The notes under the pieces were generated by a model. It worked only from the letters and a program-made list of their open reading frames with translations. It was not told the DNA's origin and made no database searches. Shown here piece by piece: positions 32,501 through 40,965 of a stretch of DNA of 64,000 nucleotides. The stretch spans positions 16,258 through 80,257 of the IMG/VR virus record IMGVR_UViG_3300034284_002648; one strand, written 5' to 3'. Made by a program: the position numbers and the translations under genes. Each line of letters begins with the position of its first letter. Positions within the stretch are counted from its first letter, which is position 1. This stretch comes from a virus.

Positions 32501-33376
32501 ATAATCGCACAATCAGACACTCCTGCAACAGCAATATTTACAAATGTACAAGCTGATGCCCATAAAGCTGCAATAGCCACCAAATATCCTCAAGTTCAGT
32601 GGACAAAATTAATTATTTCCAGGCCAGATGTTAGAGTATCTTGTGGTAATAGCAATGGAGATACAGTAATGTTTATTAAAGAACATTATTGGATACCTAA
32701 AAATACAGATGGAGATTCTAGTAGCTATGCTACTTTAGGAGTAAAAGCTTCAACAATATTAGATTCAGCTTCTAATATAATGGTTAGATTTAGATATAAT
32801 ACAAGAAAATTGCGACATGTAGATAATTTCTTGAAGAAATATATTATTTCTCCAAATGGTAGCGTGGCCTATGGTGGCATAGGGGGTACTGATGAACTAC
32901 CAATTAAGAATAGTTTTTATTCATGGTTTTGCAACTATATAGATAGAGGAACCAATACTTTGAATACTGTTGTGCCTCCATACTATATGATGTTGAACGA
33001 AATGATTTTTAGAGGATTTTTCGGTAGTGCTGATGGTTTGGAATTTAAGACATCAACTCTTAAAACCCAATATCCTCACGAATGGATTCCATATGAATAC
33101 GACAATTCCATCACTTGCAATAATTCTGAATTTGAAGATAGCGTATTTATAGCAGGATTGCATAATTTAGATAAGTTAGGATATAGATTAAGATGTTGGC
33201 TGTTATCCAAATTAGTCGATACGCCATATGATAAGAAGAAGATAGTATCAAGATGTTTGGCCTATATGCAGAATCTTGGTGGTCCTGGAATAGTACCAGA
33301 TAAAAAAACTTTTGATAGGTTGTACGAAACTAAAGATCCTCAACTTAATACTTTAAGACAAACATTTATGGGTTAG
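26552..33376 (+). CDS. Giant putative tail-tip/virion protein with a proprotein-convertase P-domain-like region and a Gly/Ala-rich hydrophobic segment
   Basis: 2274 aa. IKDIEVKLNF...DIKLTL...CNWELII (P-domain-like, ~29440-30100); hydrophobic FSMGIGAAVGFAAAGGLTGAFVGGTLFG at ~30410-30545. Confidence 0.55.
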   Translation: MINKDYGSCNLFKTEIYDNLQPFYIYYDNGGSLSSRFGTSSQSLYINNMSQMTQLIDSSVEEEVWAPAFAYAASTTQMPYLEGAANRKPVLGFNQFFVLSNPSFKDMSIENNIKVGVDWFLNDVLNSDITPNNGVMFWYKKRGERSSTSTLENMAVGEWIYASTAFNVKSINNKTLSIPAGQICVKLNNKELQVLPINKITKGNQQISRAIYLHKSVASDPEPYNPLGTQNNIYEPTKINLETSTNKPSSWSLYEDYNYLNVNGSYYSIHISEGDYFSYFNSSNQTDHFLSFNLMPIYRTIYNNLLNITGLSSLSSQQAKKLRELAYVLATGPQNDKVTFNVNGYNPTSYISSITSYINSSTYSVTDVQNICKNIYKEIKDLEKNRTYNTSLVPYKINLSDLNDNFSKVPNDIFHKLVSKYGLYLRLAGDNAKITVNKLLRWKESKKSNNYVGGPNISIDARFIYWTSNRDITNEAVSRPTPGNVGHPYYDQHIQAGPMKIETDVGNQVVYFKSVETGSEQATIKAGIIKPSQNPRINTSESSYLLLPEIKYCMFYKQGGFKIISSTCYIDENVGQASMYNGKLDGKPIFLKIDKLSSKWNSGTNKEYNFDNSDPDEYKKPSIKFKIYNSNDVIKIDSLYINFIRYKEDTLCQCESFYKEIINRSENYTKEIGVNRFLGIDIFEQTPKRVGFGRAGYCDNVYLGRVKNMVAGVEIEETSSAGVPGVSTRFAPPILAYGGYDASIVSELGVKLPSHPMPGEKLPTLNTRNPNYIDETKCYERSGFVQDSSYFTHTSDNSSSDNLIGSTVFEKGFFHPHKGWISEANSLYNNFKNKTAVTSYKPHKKSRFVFKGVGFLFDSDLSYSSTISINKGSQKTTIDEFSPQTAIRDIGSFLSKYSSEYITEECIPYKGKRDENGKFINNTEQFKDNSCDNNYQPKVEHLIYPLKDAATGVEIVPTADIDNLRIKDIEVKLNFINFDNIQDIKLTLKYTGTAGTDTRPSSYYGMVSSSPFPSAETGVNNYINALISQHPSDTIILLNKEHIKQYGSEFVLRFSDYADPHTFGNPTNGGTEISHSALLNNGLSDGGVIHPSFKPDGYTDQQAQLYREILNNYNVCIINNKFRKWYGSQLIGSKFVLEVELVNKYTKNNYGNIKDLHLKNNKEYDLLKSNIARNSICNWELIIDTYKTTDAAHRKEQRLNINHPAAEHIDYTRTDTSVNATGSSYSDGYNFLGDFTDRKFMIPPVNMNAPHQYLIDYNSCVYPDRTLNNFGFSRLEENGLRYIYQAFNLFSMGIGAAVGFAAAGGLTGAFVGGTLFGTASSLAVSSIVNYFGSLRRTRLVDAYDNSFYDPYYDDYGYGVPDRALVEISTDGGYKWYTFDAKIFKYNQTCSPIYKPLTVTYTGAGDSSKDTCSKLSVSTAPDTPSESDPIKIDPDTFYMPESFIFTGKYIKAKELYIRKNIKLLDSRPNISNISNLFIGQNTYDKDSTVCIELPNVKPFYYLKSGTTTISESIDLIHYDSTGFGYRNKRTITANNIAVLNKDNQYNTYILLNDLDFKNKLEKYPNTKIIAQKTNASNRLAVILNNGGNYLTLASIKNNSSNIFTPDYTMPVYGEGAWGRGTASIQLMPAKKIAFAADYDLSNYAIGYSHNRYVGRLHIKGPTSSSVVSTSYLNIGLFDNVNGWPLYKNLDKYNLYPNLSDNTNYPYKGISDLNSIFCLYTNTEISGLKNSELNYGGSITLLDHLIQAPVGSNENANLAGYRVEAIYSANQIEGSSCWGGHYCDRAKFNIYINGVFLFVANLNNETQGSAPNPPLDNGVGLDSSDRYAFHIITEEEASEIARVSTEDITISYSPTADNTNPHSNITWIRVLTPEGQEVTSTCADNTGLSTKILPYDDNKYWISIDKDQYGSYSRTTSIKVLDKIEYSCSEPRTMPGGLNCKNICGISRNYGSTIGVGDDGVTWTPNITTPLEIMKVQAKSTAFDQIIAQSDTPATAIFTNVQADAHKAAIATKYPQVQWTKLIISRPDVRVSCGNSNGDTVMFIKEHYWIPKNTDGDSSSYATLGVKASTILDSASNIMVRFRYNTRKLRHVDNFLKKYIISPNGSVAYGGIGGTDELPIKNSFYSWFCNYIDRGTNTLNTVVPPYYMMLNEMIFRGFFGSADGLEFKTSTLKTQYPHEWIPYEYDNSITCNNSEFEDSVFIAGLHNLDKLGYRLRCWLLSKLVDTPYDKKKIVSRCLAYMQNLGGPGIVPDKKTFDRLYETKDPQLNTLRQTFMG

Positions 33377-33383
33377 TTAATAG

Positions 33384-35069
33384 ATGTCCACTCCAACACC
33401 AACTAAAACCATAACTAGTACGCCTACTAATACCAGAACACCTAGTAAAACACCAACAAATACCGTAACTAGTACTCACACATCAACTGCTACTCCAACC
33501 TGTACTTCTACAAATACTCCCACACCAAGTATAACAAATACTGCTACAGGTACATCTACACCTACTCCAACTAATACTCGTAGTGTTACTCCAACTAGAA
33601 CACCTTCTAGGACGCCTACAAAAACACCTACATCAACACCAACCCAAACGCCTACAGCTACGCCCACCCCAACAAACACCAAGACGCCAACAAGAACACT
33701 TACTTCAACCCCCACTAATACGACTACCCCATCAAATACTTGTACTAATTCTGCTACTCCAACAAATACATCGACAACCAATAAAGTTTATATTTGCACC
33801 ACTCGTACCAATACTCCAACAGCATCATCTACATCAACTGTTACGCCAACACCAACCCCATCGATTACAGCCAGTAATAGTCCAACACCATCGGTAACAG
33901 CTACTAATACTAGAACTCCATCCAGAACCCCAACTAATACTCCAACTAATTCTCCTACTAATACAGTAACTAATTCCCCTACCTCTAGCATAACTCCAAG
34001 CATTACTCCTTCTATAACAACAACAAATACGCCTAGTCCTACCAATTTACCAATTCAATATTTTACTGGTCCTAAATTAGCTGAAGGAGAGACCACCCTA
34101 CAATATAAAGGAAAATTTGTATTTACTGCTGGTCCAGATAGTTCTGGTATTGTTCAATGGGTTGGTAGTAGTCTAAGGGGTAGTGGTAAATTGCTTGCAT
34201 TAGATTCTAACAATGCTGTTACTAATATAGAACTATCTAAAGAATATGGCGTTATCAATGAATCCATTACTATTGTTCCTTCAGAAACTACAGAAGACTG
34301 TACCGATGGTGAAGGTCCAGGATGTTATGCGGTAGAACTTAGGTGGCCAGTTAAATGTCAGCCAGTAGGTGAATTATTAATACCATTTACTGTTGAGAGG
34401 GCTGTCCCTCCTCCGACACCTAGCATTTCTGTAACACCAACAATAACAACATCATTATCACCATCTGTTACAAAAACAAATACTCCAAGTATTAGCCCAA
34501 GTATTAGTTTGACTCCTAGTAATACTCCATCTAATAGTCCAACTTGTACACCCACGAAAACTAGTACTCCCACTATGTCAAATACTAGGACTAACACACC
34601 CACCCCAACACAGACTGCTAGTTCTACTTGTACTCCAACTCCAACCGAGACGCCCTATTTTAATTGTGAACTACAAGAAGCCCCATATCCAGACCCAATT
34701 GTATATGATGATATAACTCAAGATCTAGTTATATTCGGAGATGTAAATTTTAGCACACCCACACCGACTAGTACTATAACATCGACTATAACAGCAACAC
34801 CCACGCTCACTAAATCTCCCACACCATCAAATACCAGTACCCCACCTGTTACTAGAACAGCAACACCAACGCCGACACCCACCAAAACCGGTACTCCTGC
34901 CCCAACTCATACTAGAACGCCAACAAAAACACCAACCCAAACACCTAGCAATACTTCTAGCTTAACTCCAACAAGAACATGCACACCTACGAATAGCGTA
35001 ACTAGAACTCCTACCAGAACACCCACTACTACAACAACTAAAACGCCAACGCCAACTAAGACAGTATAA
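33384..35069 (+). CDS. Mucin-like Thr/Pro/Ser-rich protein with a small central beta domain
   Basis: 561 aa, mostly TPT/TNT/TRT/TKT repeats. Globular islands at ~34045-34405 and ~34655-34750. No signal peptide. Confidence 0.7.
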   Translation: MSTPTPTKTITSTPTNTRTPSKTPTNTVTSTHTSTATPTCTSTNTPTPSITNTATGTSTPTPTNTRSVTPTRTPSRTPTKTPTSTPTQTPTATPTPTNTKTPTRTLTSTPTNTTTPSNTCTNSATPTNTSTTNKVYICTTRTNTPTASSTSTVTPTPTPSITASNSPTPSVTATNTRTPSRTPTNTPTNSPTNTVTNSPTSSITPSITPSITTTNTPSPTNLPIQYFTGPKLAEGETTLQYKGKFVFTAGPDSSGIVQWVGSSLRGSGKLLALDSNNAVTNIELSKEYGVINESITIVPSETTEDCTDGEGPGCYAVELRWPVKCQPVGELLIPFTVERAVPPPTPSISVTPTITTSLSPSVTKTNTPSISPSISLTPSNTPSNSPTCTPTKTSTPTMSNTRTNTPTPTQTASSTCTPTPTETPYFNCELQEAPYPDPIVYDDITQDLVIFGDVNFSTPTPTSTITSTITATPTLTKSPTPSNTSTPPVTRTATPTPTPTKTGTPAPTHTRTPTKTPTQTPSNTSSLTPTRTCTPTNSVTRTPTRTPTTTTTKTPTPTKTV

Positions 35070-35086
35070 ATAGGAGAGATTTAATT

Positions 35087-35506
35087 ATGGAAATAAATAT
35101 AGATTTATTAGATATATTTTGTGAATTTGAACATAAAGACGATAATACTTATGTGTGCAAATTATGCAATAATAGAATGTCTTATGTTTCTAAGGATGGT
35201 GAGATTCCTAAAATACCATGCGTAACAAAGTTATCCAAACCCATTCCTGTTCCGAAAGTTCAACATCAACAACCAGCTTTACACAAGAAGATTTTTAATT
35301 TTATTGTTGCAGTATATAATCATATACGTAATGGTGGTAAGAGAACCACGCTAGAAGAAAGAACCAAGCGATTGAACATATGCACTGGATGCGAATACTA
35401 TGATGGTATAGCATGTACCAAATGCGGATGTCCAATCACTAGGTATCAACAATATATTAGTAAGCTAGACTGGAAAGATCAAAAGTGTCCAATCGGTAAG
35501 TGGTAA
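35087..35506 (+). CDS. Cys-rich metal-binding phage protein (DUF6171-like C-terminus)
   Basis: AGGAG RBS; RLNICTGCE...CTKCGCP...KCPIGKW C-terminal motif. Confidence 0.65.
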   Translation: MEINIDLLDIFCEFEHKDDNTYVCKLCNNRMSYVSKDGEIPKIPCVTKLSKPIPVPKVQHQQPALHKKIFNFIVAVYNHIRNGGKRTTLEERTKRLNICTGCEYYDGIACTKCGCPITRYQQYISKLDWKDQKCPIGKW

Positions 35507-35511
35507 TATGA

Positions 35512-35856
35512 TTACTTTTTCTTACCTTTATTATCAGACTCTTCTTTCTGCCACTTATGCCAGCCTTTATTAGGTAGCCAATTCCCTTCATCGTCTTTTC
35601 TCTTCGGAAAAAGAGTACCACCCTTTTTATGCTGACCAAATGCTAGAACGGCACCGCAATCATTGCATCGTAATTCATAGTAGTCATTACTGTCTACATT
35701 TCTAACCACGAATCTTAAATTGGTGCTTCCACATAGTCCACACTTTTCTTCAGCGAAAATTTCCTGAATAGTGGCTAGTTCCTTAAAGATTTCCTTTTGA
35801 CCAGATCCCTCTAGTTCGAACTCTAGTCTATCTCCTACTTTGTACTTAACTTTCAT
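35512..35856 (-). CDS. Zn-ribbon protein of unknown function
   Basis: CGLCGS...CNDCGA; GAGG RBS; last gene of the - arm. Confidence 0.7.
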   Translation of the reverse strand: MKVKYKVGDRLEFELEGSGQKEIFKELATIQEIFAEEKCGLCGSTNLRFVVRNVDSNDYYELRCNDCGAVLAFGQHKKGGTLFPKRKDDEGNWLPNKGWHKWQKEESDNKGKKK

Positions 35857-35864
35857 TTTTCACC

Positions 35865-36578
35865 TCATGGTTTCCAATTTTCTGAATATCCCAAAAGACT
35901 TTCTGGAATATCAGAAATGTTTTGTTGATGTTTAGATAACTCTCTTATAATAGAGACAGCATCATCATGCATCAAGCTCTTAACATTATTTTCATTGAAT
36001 CCAAGTTTATTAATTAGTGATAATGTATTAATATTTAAGCGTTTTGACATAACGTCTATAAAGTTAATTTGATTATTACTGATTTTACTAACACTATCAC
36101 CAGTAGGATCATCTTCAAGATTTGTGGCCAATTCTTCCGCAGCCACTACTTTTCTTAGCTTTAGAGCCCTTCTTAATGCTCTACCTTCAGCCCTAGTTTC
36201 TGCAACGGCAACCGGATGATTTCGATAAGTTTTATCGCAATTACCCCAATAAACGTCTGCCGCCCCGCTTACTGTACGACAACGGTTTAAATCATCGGTC
36301 TCGACACCCTTATCATTTAAAACGTAGCTTATGGTGTGTACCACGGTGGCTCTTTTTTCATTTGAAGGCTCAGGATTCTGTACCACATCGCTGGTAGACT
36401 GGATAACAGAACAATTCAGAGCAATCTCAAAAATTCGCCTAAGTCCATCGGTTGTTGGATTGCCATCAATCTTTTCATCATCAGATAATAGACCTAGAAC
36501 ATAATCATTCCATTCTAAGTCATTTGGCCCAATTTTCTTCGTTTCAGTAGATTCTACAACTTTCTCTTTTTTGACCAT
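35865..36578 (-). CDS. Rad52/Sak-like single-strand annealing recombinase
   Basis: AVAETRAEGRALRRAL helix motif typical of Rad52-superfamily phage annealases, plus a C-terminal ISNNQINFI motif. Confidence 0.55.
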   Translation of the reverse strand: MVKKEKVVESTETKKIGPNDLEWNDYVLGLLSDDEKIDGNPTTDGLRRIFEIALNCSVIQSTSDVVQNPEPSNEKRATVVHTISYVLNDKGVETDDLNRCRTVSGAADVYWGNCDKTYRNHPVAVAETRAEGRALRRALKLRKVVAAEELATNLEDDPTGDSVSKISNNQINFIDVMSKRLNINTLSLINKLGFNENNVKSLMHDDAVSIIRELSKHQQNISDIPESLLGYSENWKP

Positions 36579-36579
36579 T

Positions 36580-37383
36580 TTAGTCTCCTAGTTCTATAAT
36601 CCTATTATTATTTGATGATTTATTATTTAGTTGATCAAGAGCAGATCGTAAATCTTGATATATTAAACTTGCTCTAGATTCAGAAAAATCCTTAGTTTGT
36701 TTTATCCTTATCAAGCTCCAACCCTTACCCAATATCAAGCCGGTTTTTTTGTTGTCGTATTTTTGATTTCTTTGTAAAGATTCATCGCCCCAAACAGGCT
36801 CGAAATGAGATGGGCCGTCAACTTCTATTGCCGTATTCATTGTAGGGAGGAAAATGTCTATTTGCAACTTGGTATTTACAAGAACTTGTTCTTTGTGAAA
36901 TTCAGCTTTGTATCCATCTGATATGAGTGCCTTAAAGAGAAATTTCTCTAATTTAGAACCTGTTTTACTAGCATCTCTAACTGCTTGGTTTGCTTTTTTT
37001 AGAATGTTATCTTTTGTATTATCGTCTAAAGATTCCCACGCTAATCTAGCCTTTTCTTTTCTTTCTTTTATTTCTTTATCAGATAATGAGTCCCAAGATT
37101 TTAGAACACCCATACCTATCTTTTGTTTGGTGTCCTCGTCTCGTTCTTTGCCCTTTGTCGGATGCTTATGCTTACCAGTAGACAAAGCATTTTTTTGAGC
37201 CTCAGACTTAGTACGAATATCTATATTGAGCCTTTTGGCATCTCTCCTTATTTTGTTGGCATATGTGCCATAAATAGCAGCAATATCAGCAAAGCTTTTA
37301 TTTTGATTAAGATAAAGATCTTTTAATATTTTTTCTTTGTCACTATCACTAAGTAGTGAATATGATGTTTTTGAAGTTTTCAT
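36580..37383 (-). CDS. DUF559/Vsr-like PD-(D/E)XK endonuclease with N-terminal HTH and NUMOD3-like repeats (possible free-standing homing endonuclease)
   Basis: LQIDIFLP...AIEVDGPSHF...DNKK...GWSLIRI; N-terminal KSFADIAAIYG HTH and KGKERDEDTKQKIG. Confidence 0.7.
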   Translation of the reverse strand: MKTSKTSYSLLSDSDKEKILKDLYLNQNKSFADIAAIYGTYANKIRRDAKRLNIDIRTKSEAQKNALSTGKHKHPTKGKERDEDTKQKIGMGVLKSWDSLSDKEIKERKEKARLAWESLDDNTKDNILKKANQAVRDASKTGSKLEKFLFKALISDGYKAEFHKEQVLVNTKLQIDIFLPTMNTAIEVDGPSHFEPVWGDESLQRNQKYDNKKTGLILGKGWSLIRIKQTKDFSESRASLIYQDLRSALDQLNNKSSNNNRIIELGD

Positions 37384-37822
37384 ATGATAATACTTCCATA
37401 ACTCCTATTGGTTTTTTGTTCCAGCATCTCTGATATATGTTGTAAATATTATAGTTTTGTGCAATAACTGAAATTTTTTCATTTTCCGCATAGATATTTC
37501 TTAAATCAAAATGATTAACCTGGGCATAATTCATCCATTCTGGGTGTTGTAGAAAATAATATATCTGGTCTATCCCTGGAAAATTTTTAACTATATCTAT
37601 AACCTCTAGATCAAAGACAAATAATCTACCTTGCCAAAACTTAGCTTCCGATAGTGGCAATATAGGCATATTTAATTTATTAGTATTGATACTATTATTA
37701 TATGTAAAACATAGATATTGATTAACAGGATCATTCTGTATTAATTCTAGAAATAAATTATGAAGATTATTGTATATATGATTGTTTGATACTATGAAGC
37801 CAATATCTTTATTAATTGCCAT
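37349..37822 (-). CDS. Hypothetical protein, possible degenerate GT-B N-terminal domain
   Basis: Likely start MAINKDIGF at 37822, overlapping the upstream gene end. Rossmann-like alternation of strands and helices; part of the GT cluster. Confidence 0.45.
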   Translation of the reverse strand: MAINKDIGFIVSNNHIYNNLHNLFLELIQNDPVNQYLCFTYNNSINTNKLNMPILPLSEAKFWQGRLFVFDLEVIDIVKNFPGIDQIYYFLQHPEWMNYAQVNHFDLRNIYAENEKISVIAQNYNIYNIYQRCWNKKPIGVMEVLSYENFKNIIFTT

Positions 37823-38441
37823 AAAATTCTTTCTTAATATATTCATTTATATCTGTGATATTTTGATCATGATGAACACTAGTTACTTCTCCAGAGTCCA
37901 TATCAATATATGACGCACCACATAATAGACTCTCGTTTTTATATATATTATTTTTCCCAACAATATATTTATATGAAGAGAAGATAAATGCCTTTTGATG
38001 CTCTAGCAATGTTCCGAGATTCATAGGGTGTTTTATATTGGGATTATTAAACATATGAACTACTCTTGTATCACATAATTTTAGAATATTCTCTGGTAAT
38101 TCATTGATATTATCAAGTAATATAGCGATATCATTACTTTTTTCCATAGAGTATTTTCTGAAAATTTCAGTATTTACCACATGAAATAAACTATCATTAT
38201 CTATGATAAAAATGGATTTTTCTTTATCTGTAGCAGCAGTATAGAATGCTTTGACTTCCATGCTATTAAAATCATGTTCGCTTACACAAATACGATACGG
38301 CTGGATAATATCGTAAGCTTTAAAAATTTCTTTCATATCTATAACATAGACATCAACATTATTCTTATGGTGATACATTGCTATTTTAAGATTATCAAGA
38401 AGTCTGCTATTGCTTTTGGATACAATAATCTTATTATTCAT
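37812..38441 (-). CDS. Degenerate GT-B/CgeB-like glycosyltransferase-related protein
   Basis: VNTEIFRK and IFSSYKYIV...NESLLCGASYI echo the GT-B 'vd...F' and 'Ea.acG' motifs. Confidence 0.45.
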   Translation of the reverse strand: MNNKIIVSKSNSRLLDNLKIAMYHHKNNVDVYVIDMKEIFKAYDIIQPYRICVSEHDFNSMEVKAFYTAATDKEKSIFIIDNDSLFHVVNTEIFRKYSMEKSNDIAILLDNINELPENILKLCDTRVVHMFNNPNIKHPMNLGTLLEHQKAFIFSSYKYIVGKNNIYKNESLLCGASYIDMDSGEVTSVHHDQNITDINEYIKKEFYGN

Positions 38442-39121
38442 ATAAAAATTTTAGCCTTATTAATGTCTTTGATATGATTTATTTTTGTTATCTGTGTTTT
38501 GGGAATCATTACCTTGTCAAAACTAACAGATCTTTCCAAAAGCTTGTTAACTAATTCAAAGAAAAATAGTGTTTTTAGTTCGTGGGGCAATAACATATCT
38601 TTTACAATAGACATTGTTTCATTGTTAAGGTAGATGCACTCAGACCACAAAACAGGCAGATCATAAAACAAATACTCTATAGAGTTCTGATCGGCACAAC
38701 CTATATTAAAGTTGTTTTTTTTACCCTTAATCAAGAAAATGGAATTATTTGATTTATTAAAGTTTTTAGCAAAATTAAATTTTGTTATAATACCATTATT
38801 AATAAAGATAGCTCCATTATTATTTTCTTTTTGTCTGATATAGGATACAACCGAAGTCATCTGACCACTAGTGTCGTATTGTTTATTTTCGAGTATTGAT
38901 ATGTTTTTAGGAGAAATTATTTTTGATGTTAGAATAGTTTTTTTAATTCTATCAGACTCAAAACCCGTGAGTAAATAGATGTGATTATTTTTATAAACTG
39001 ACCTAAGAATAGAAATCTGATGTTCTATCAGGGTTTTGCCCCTGATTGTTATTAGTGCTTTTGGGCCAAAAGATTTCATACCTTTGGTTATTTCAGGTAT
39101 AATCATTACTATATCAGTCAT
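38438..39121 (-). CDS. Sugar/choline-phosphate nucleotidyltransferase-like protein (NTP_transferase/LicC-like), divergent
   Basis: KGMKSFGPKALITIRGKTLIEHQI...LLTGFESDRI...LENKQYDTSGQMTSV...KINHIKDI. The canonical AAGxGxR glycine loop is missing. Confidence 0.65.
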   Translation of the reverse strand: MTDIVMIIPEITKGMKSFGPKALITIRGKTLIEHQISILRSVYKNNHIYLLTGFESDRIKKTILTSKIISPKNISILENKQYDTSGQMTSVVSYIRQKENNNGAIFINNGIITKFNFAKNFNKSNNSIFLIKGKKNNFNIGCADQNSIEYLFYDLPVLWSECIYLNNETMSIVKDMLLPHELKTLFFFELVNKLLERSVSFDKVMIPKTQITKINHIKDINKAKIFI

Positions 39122-39845
39122 TATATAACACTAATTTGCACCCCGGATTATCTATAAAAAATGTATCTGTATCATAAAAAAACTTAGCTTTGTCACCACC
39201 AAGAATATTGTATGTGTCGTATGTCATAAATAGACCATCTAGAGCAGAGGTACTTTTCATATAAACGCCATAACTATGGTTGATCACAGATTCTGTATGA
39301 ATTGTGTTCATAATATCGTCTAAGCTATTAAAAGAATCCTCTGTGGCTATATATAAGAATGAATTAGATTCATGCTTATTAACGACAACATCTACCCCAG
39401 AAATAATAGATATTACTTCATCTATGTGTGGCAGTATTTTATTAACTTTCCATGGAACTTTTATTTGTTGCTCAAAACTATGAACTGTCAAACCATCTAC
39501 ATTTTTACCAAAACATATTATATTTTTTGGATAAAAACTAGATTTATTAACTTTATCTATAATATATGATATTGATTGATTGATTGTATCAAAATTTATA
39601 ACTAGCGTATAATAAATTTTATTCTTAGCAAATATATAGTCTATAATTTCTTGTTTATTGACTTTATCTTTATAAGTTTCTAATGTATTTTTGCCAAAAG
39701 CATATGAGCAACTGTAATTGCAGATGGTTTTGTTCTCGGAATCTACCAATATTTCAGGGTTATTTATTGCGTCCGGTATATCAAAAAAACACCACTTATC
39801 TTCTGAATTAAATATACATTTTTTACAATCGGTTGTATTATTCAT
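39114..39845 (-). CDS. Hypothetical protein with a Cys-rich N-terminus and a possible GT-A-like domain
   Basis: CKKCIF..CFF..CNYSC, then YTLVINFD...SSFYPKNIICF reminiscent of a GT2 N-terminus. Confidence 0.4.
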   Translation of the reverse strand: MNNTTDCKKCIFNSEDKWCFFDIPDAINNPEILVDSENKTICNYSCSYAFGKNTLETYKDKVNKQEIIDYIFAKNKIYYTLVINFDTINQSISYIIDKVNKSSFYPKNIICFGKNVDGLTVHSFEQQIKVPWKVNKILPHIDEVISIISGVDVVVNKHESNSFLYIATEDSFNSLDDIMNTIHTESVINHSYGVYMKSTSALDGLFMTYDTYNILGGDKAKFFYDTDTFFIDNPGCKLVLYND

Positions 39846-40228
39846 CAGTAGTTAATTTTCTTTAGTGTTAATGCTATTTTAAAATTTTCTTCTATCATCT
39901 TATATAGAACTATCTTTGGTTCTAGAGACACAATAAAATTAATAATAGTCATAGGTTCAGTATAAAATTCTATAGTTTGTAGGAGCTTTAGGCCAGTTTC
40001 AACATCTATAGTATCTTTACATAGCGCATCAATAATCTTAGAATAATCTATAATTTTAACTACTAGCTCACCATCTTGTCTTAATTTTTCTAGTAATAAA
40101 TTGATTGTCGGTATTTTTTTATCTTTCTCTATACAATCAATATCTTCAAGAACTATAGCTAATTGAGAAAAATCAGCAATATTGTTTAATGTATTAATGT
40201 TGTTTTTATTAATAGATAATAGATTCAT
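39845..40228 (-). CDS. Truncated class I SAM methyltransferase-like protein
   Basis: LEDIDCIEKD...LLLEKLRQDGELVVKIID matches the C-terminal half of class I MTases; no GxG SAM motif. Confidence 0.4.
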   Translation of the reverse strand: MNLLSINKNNINTLNNIADFSQLAIVLEDIDCIEKDKKIPTINLLLEKLRQDGELVVKIIDYSKIIDALCKDTIDVETGLKLLQTIEFYTEPMTIINFIVSLEPKIVLYKMIEENFKIALTLKKINY

Positions 40229-40965
40229 AATTTAATTACCTTAGATAGTATTTTAGAGAATGTGGCAAAGTCATAATTTATTTTGGTATTATTTGCATGA
40301 CTAATGTTGGAGGGTACGATTCTTTGATTTTTTAGAATATCAATGGATGATATTGTTGAGCAACCAGCCGATAAAGCGACGATATTATCAATATAATTTT
40401 TGTATACAACAAGATTATAGTCAGCTAGACTGTTGATTAAACTATAATAGTCTTTATGAGATGAAAAGTCAATCACATCTATATTAGTCTGTTTAAGTAT
40501 GTGAGCTATATCTTTATAATTATTATTGTCAATAATTAATACTCTATCTCTTTTTGCAGATGGGTTTGATATTTTAATTTTAGGCAGAGCTATGTTTATA
40601 TTTGTGTCAAATAAATCATTGTTTGATTCGATAAGATTGATTATTGTAAATTTTTGTAGCCTATTTTTGATAAGAAAAATATCTTCTTTTTTCATGTAAG
40701 AAATGTCTGAATGTATAAATACAACTTTATCGTGCTCGCCAGACATGTAATAATTTTGATATGAATCAGACATAATATATGATTGATAGTTATTAATTAA
40801 TACCGATTTTAGAGTAAGGTATTCAGACACATCTGAATTATTTATTCTGATAATTTTTTCTCCAAAAGCATGGTCTATTAATAGATCAAAAGATGAACCA
40901 TTATTAATATAATGTATTAAAGAATTATTATTTTTACAATAGAGTTTATTATATAGCTTATTCAT
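40225..40965 (-). CDS. Degenerate GT-B-like protein
   Basis: LINSLADYNLVV...IVALSAGCSTIS resembles the GT4 'eAmaaG.pvi' motif without the Glu. Confidence 0.4.
   Translation of the reverse strand: MNKLYNKLYCKNNNSLIHYINNGSSFDLLIDHAFGEKIIRINNSDVSEYLTLKSVLINNYQSYIMSDSYQNYYMSGEHDKVVFIHSDISYMKKEDIFLIKNRLQKFTIINLIESNNDLFDTNINIALPKIKISNPSAKRDRVLIIDNNNYKDIAHILKQTNIDVIDFSSHKDYYSLINSLADYNLVVYKNYIDNIVALSAGCSTISSIDILKNQRIVPSNISHANNTKINYDFATFSKILSKVIKL

Noticed and set aside
33384-35069. Possible CRISPR array or DNA tandem repeat
   Set aside because: There are no identical direct repeats with unique spacers; the pattern is codon-degenerate protein low complexity.
623-35069. Diversity-generating retroelement targeting the adhesins
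   Set aside because: No reverse transcriptase and no TR/VR pair differing at adenines was seen in the window.
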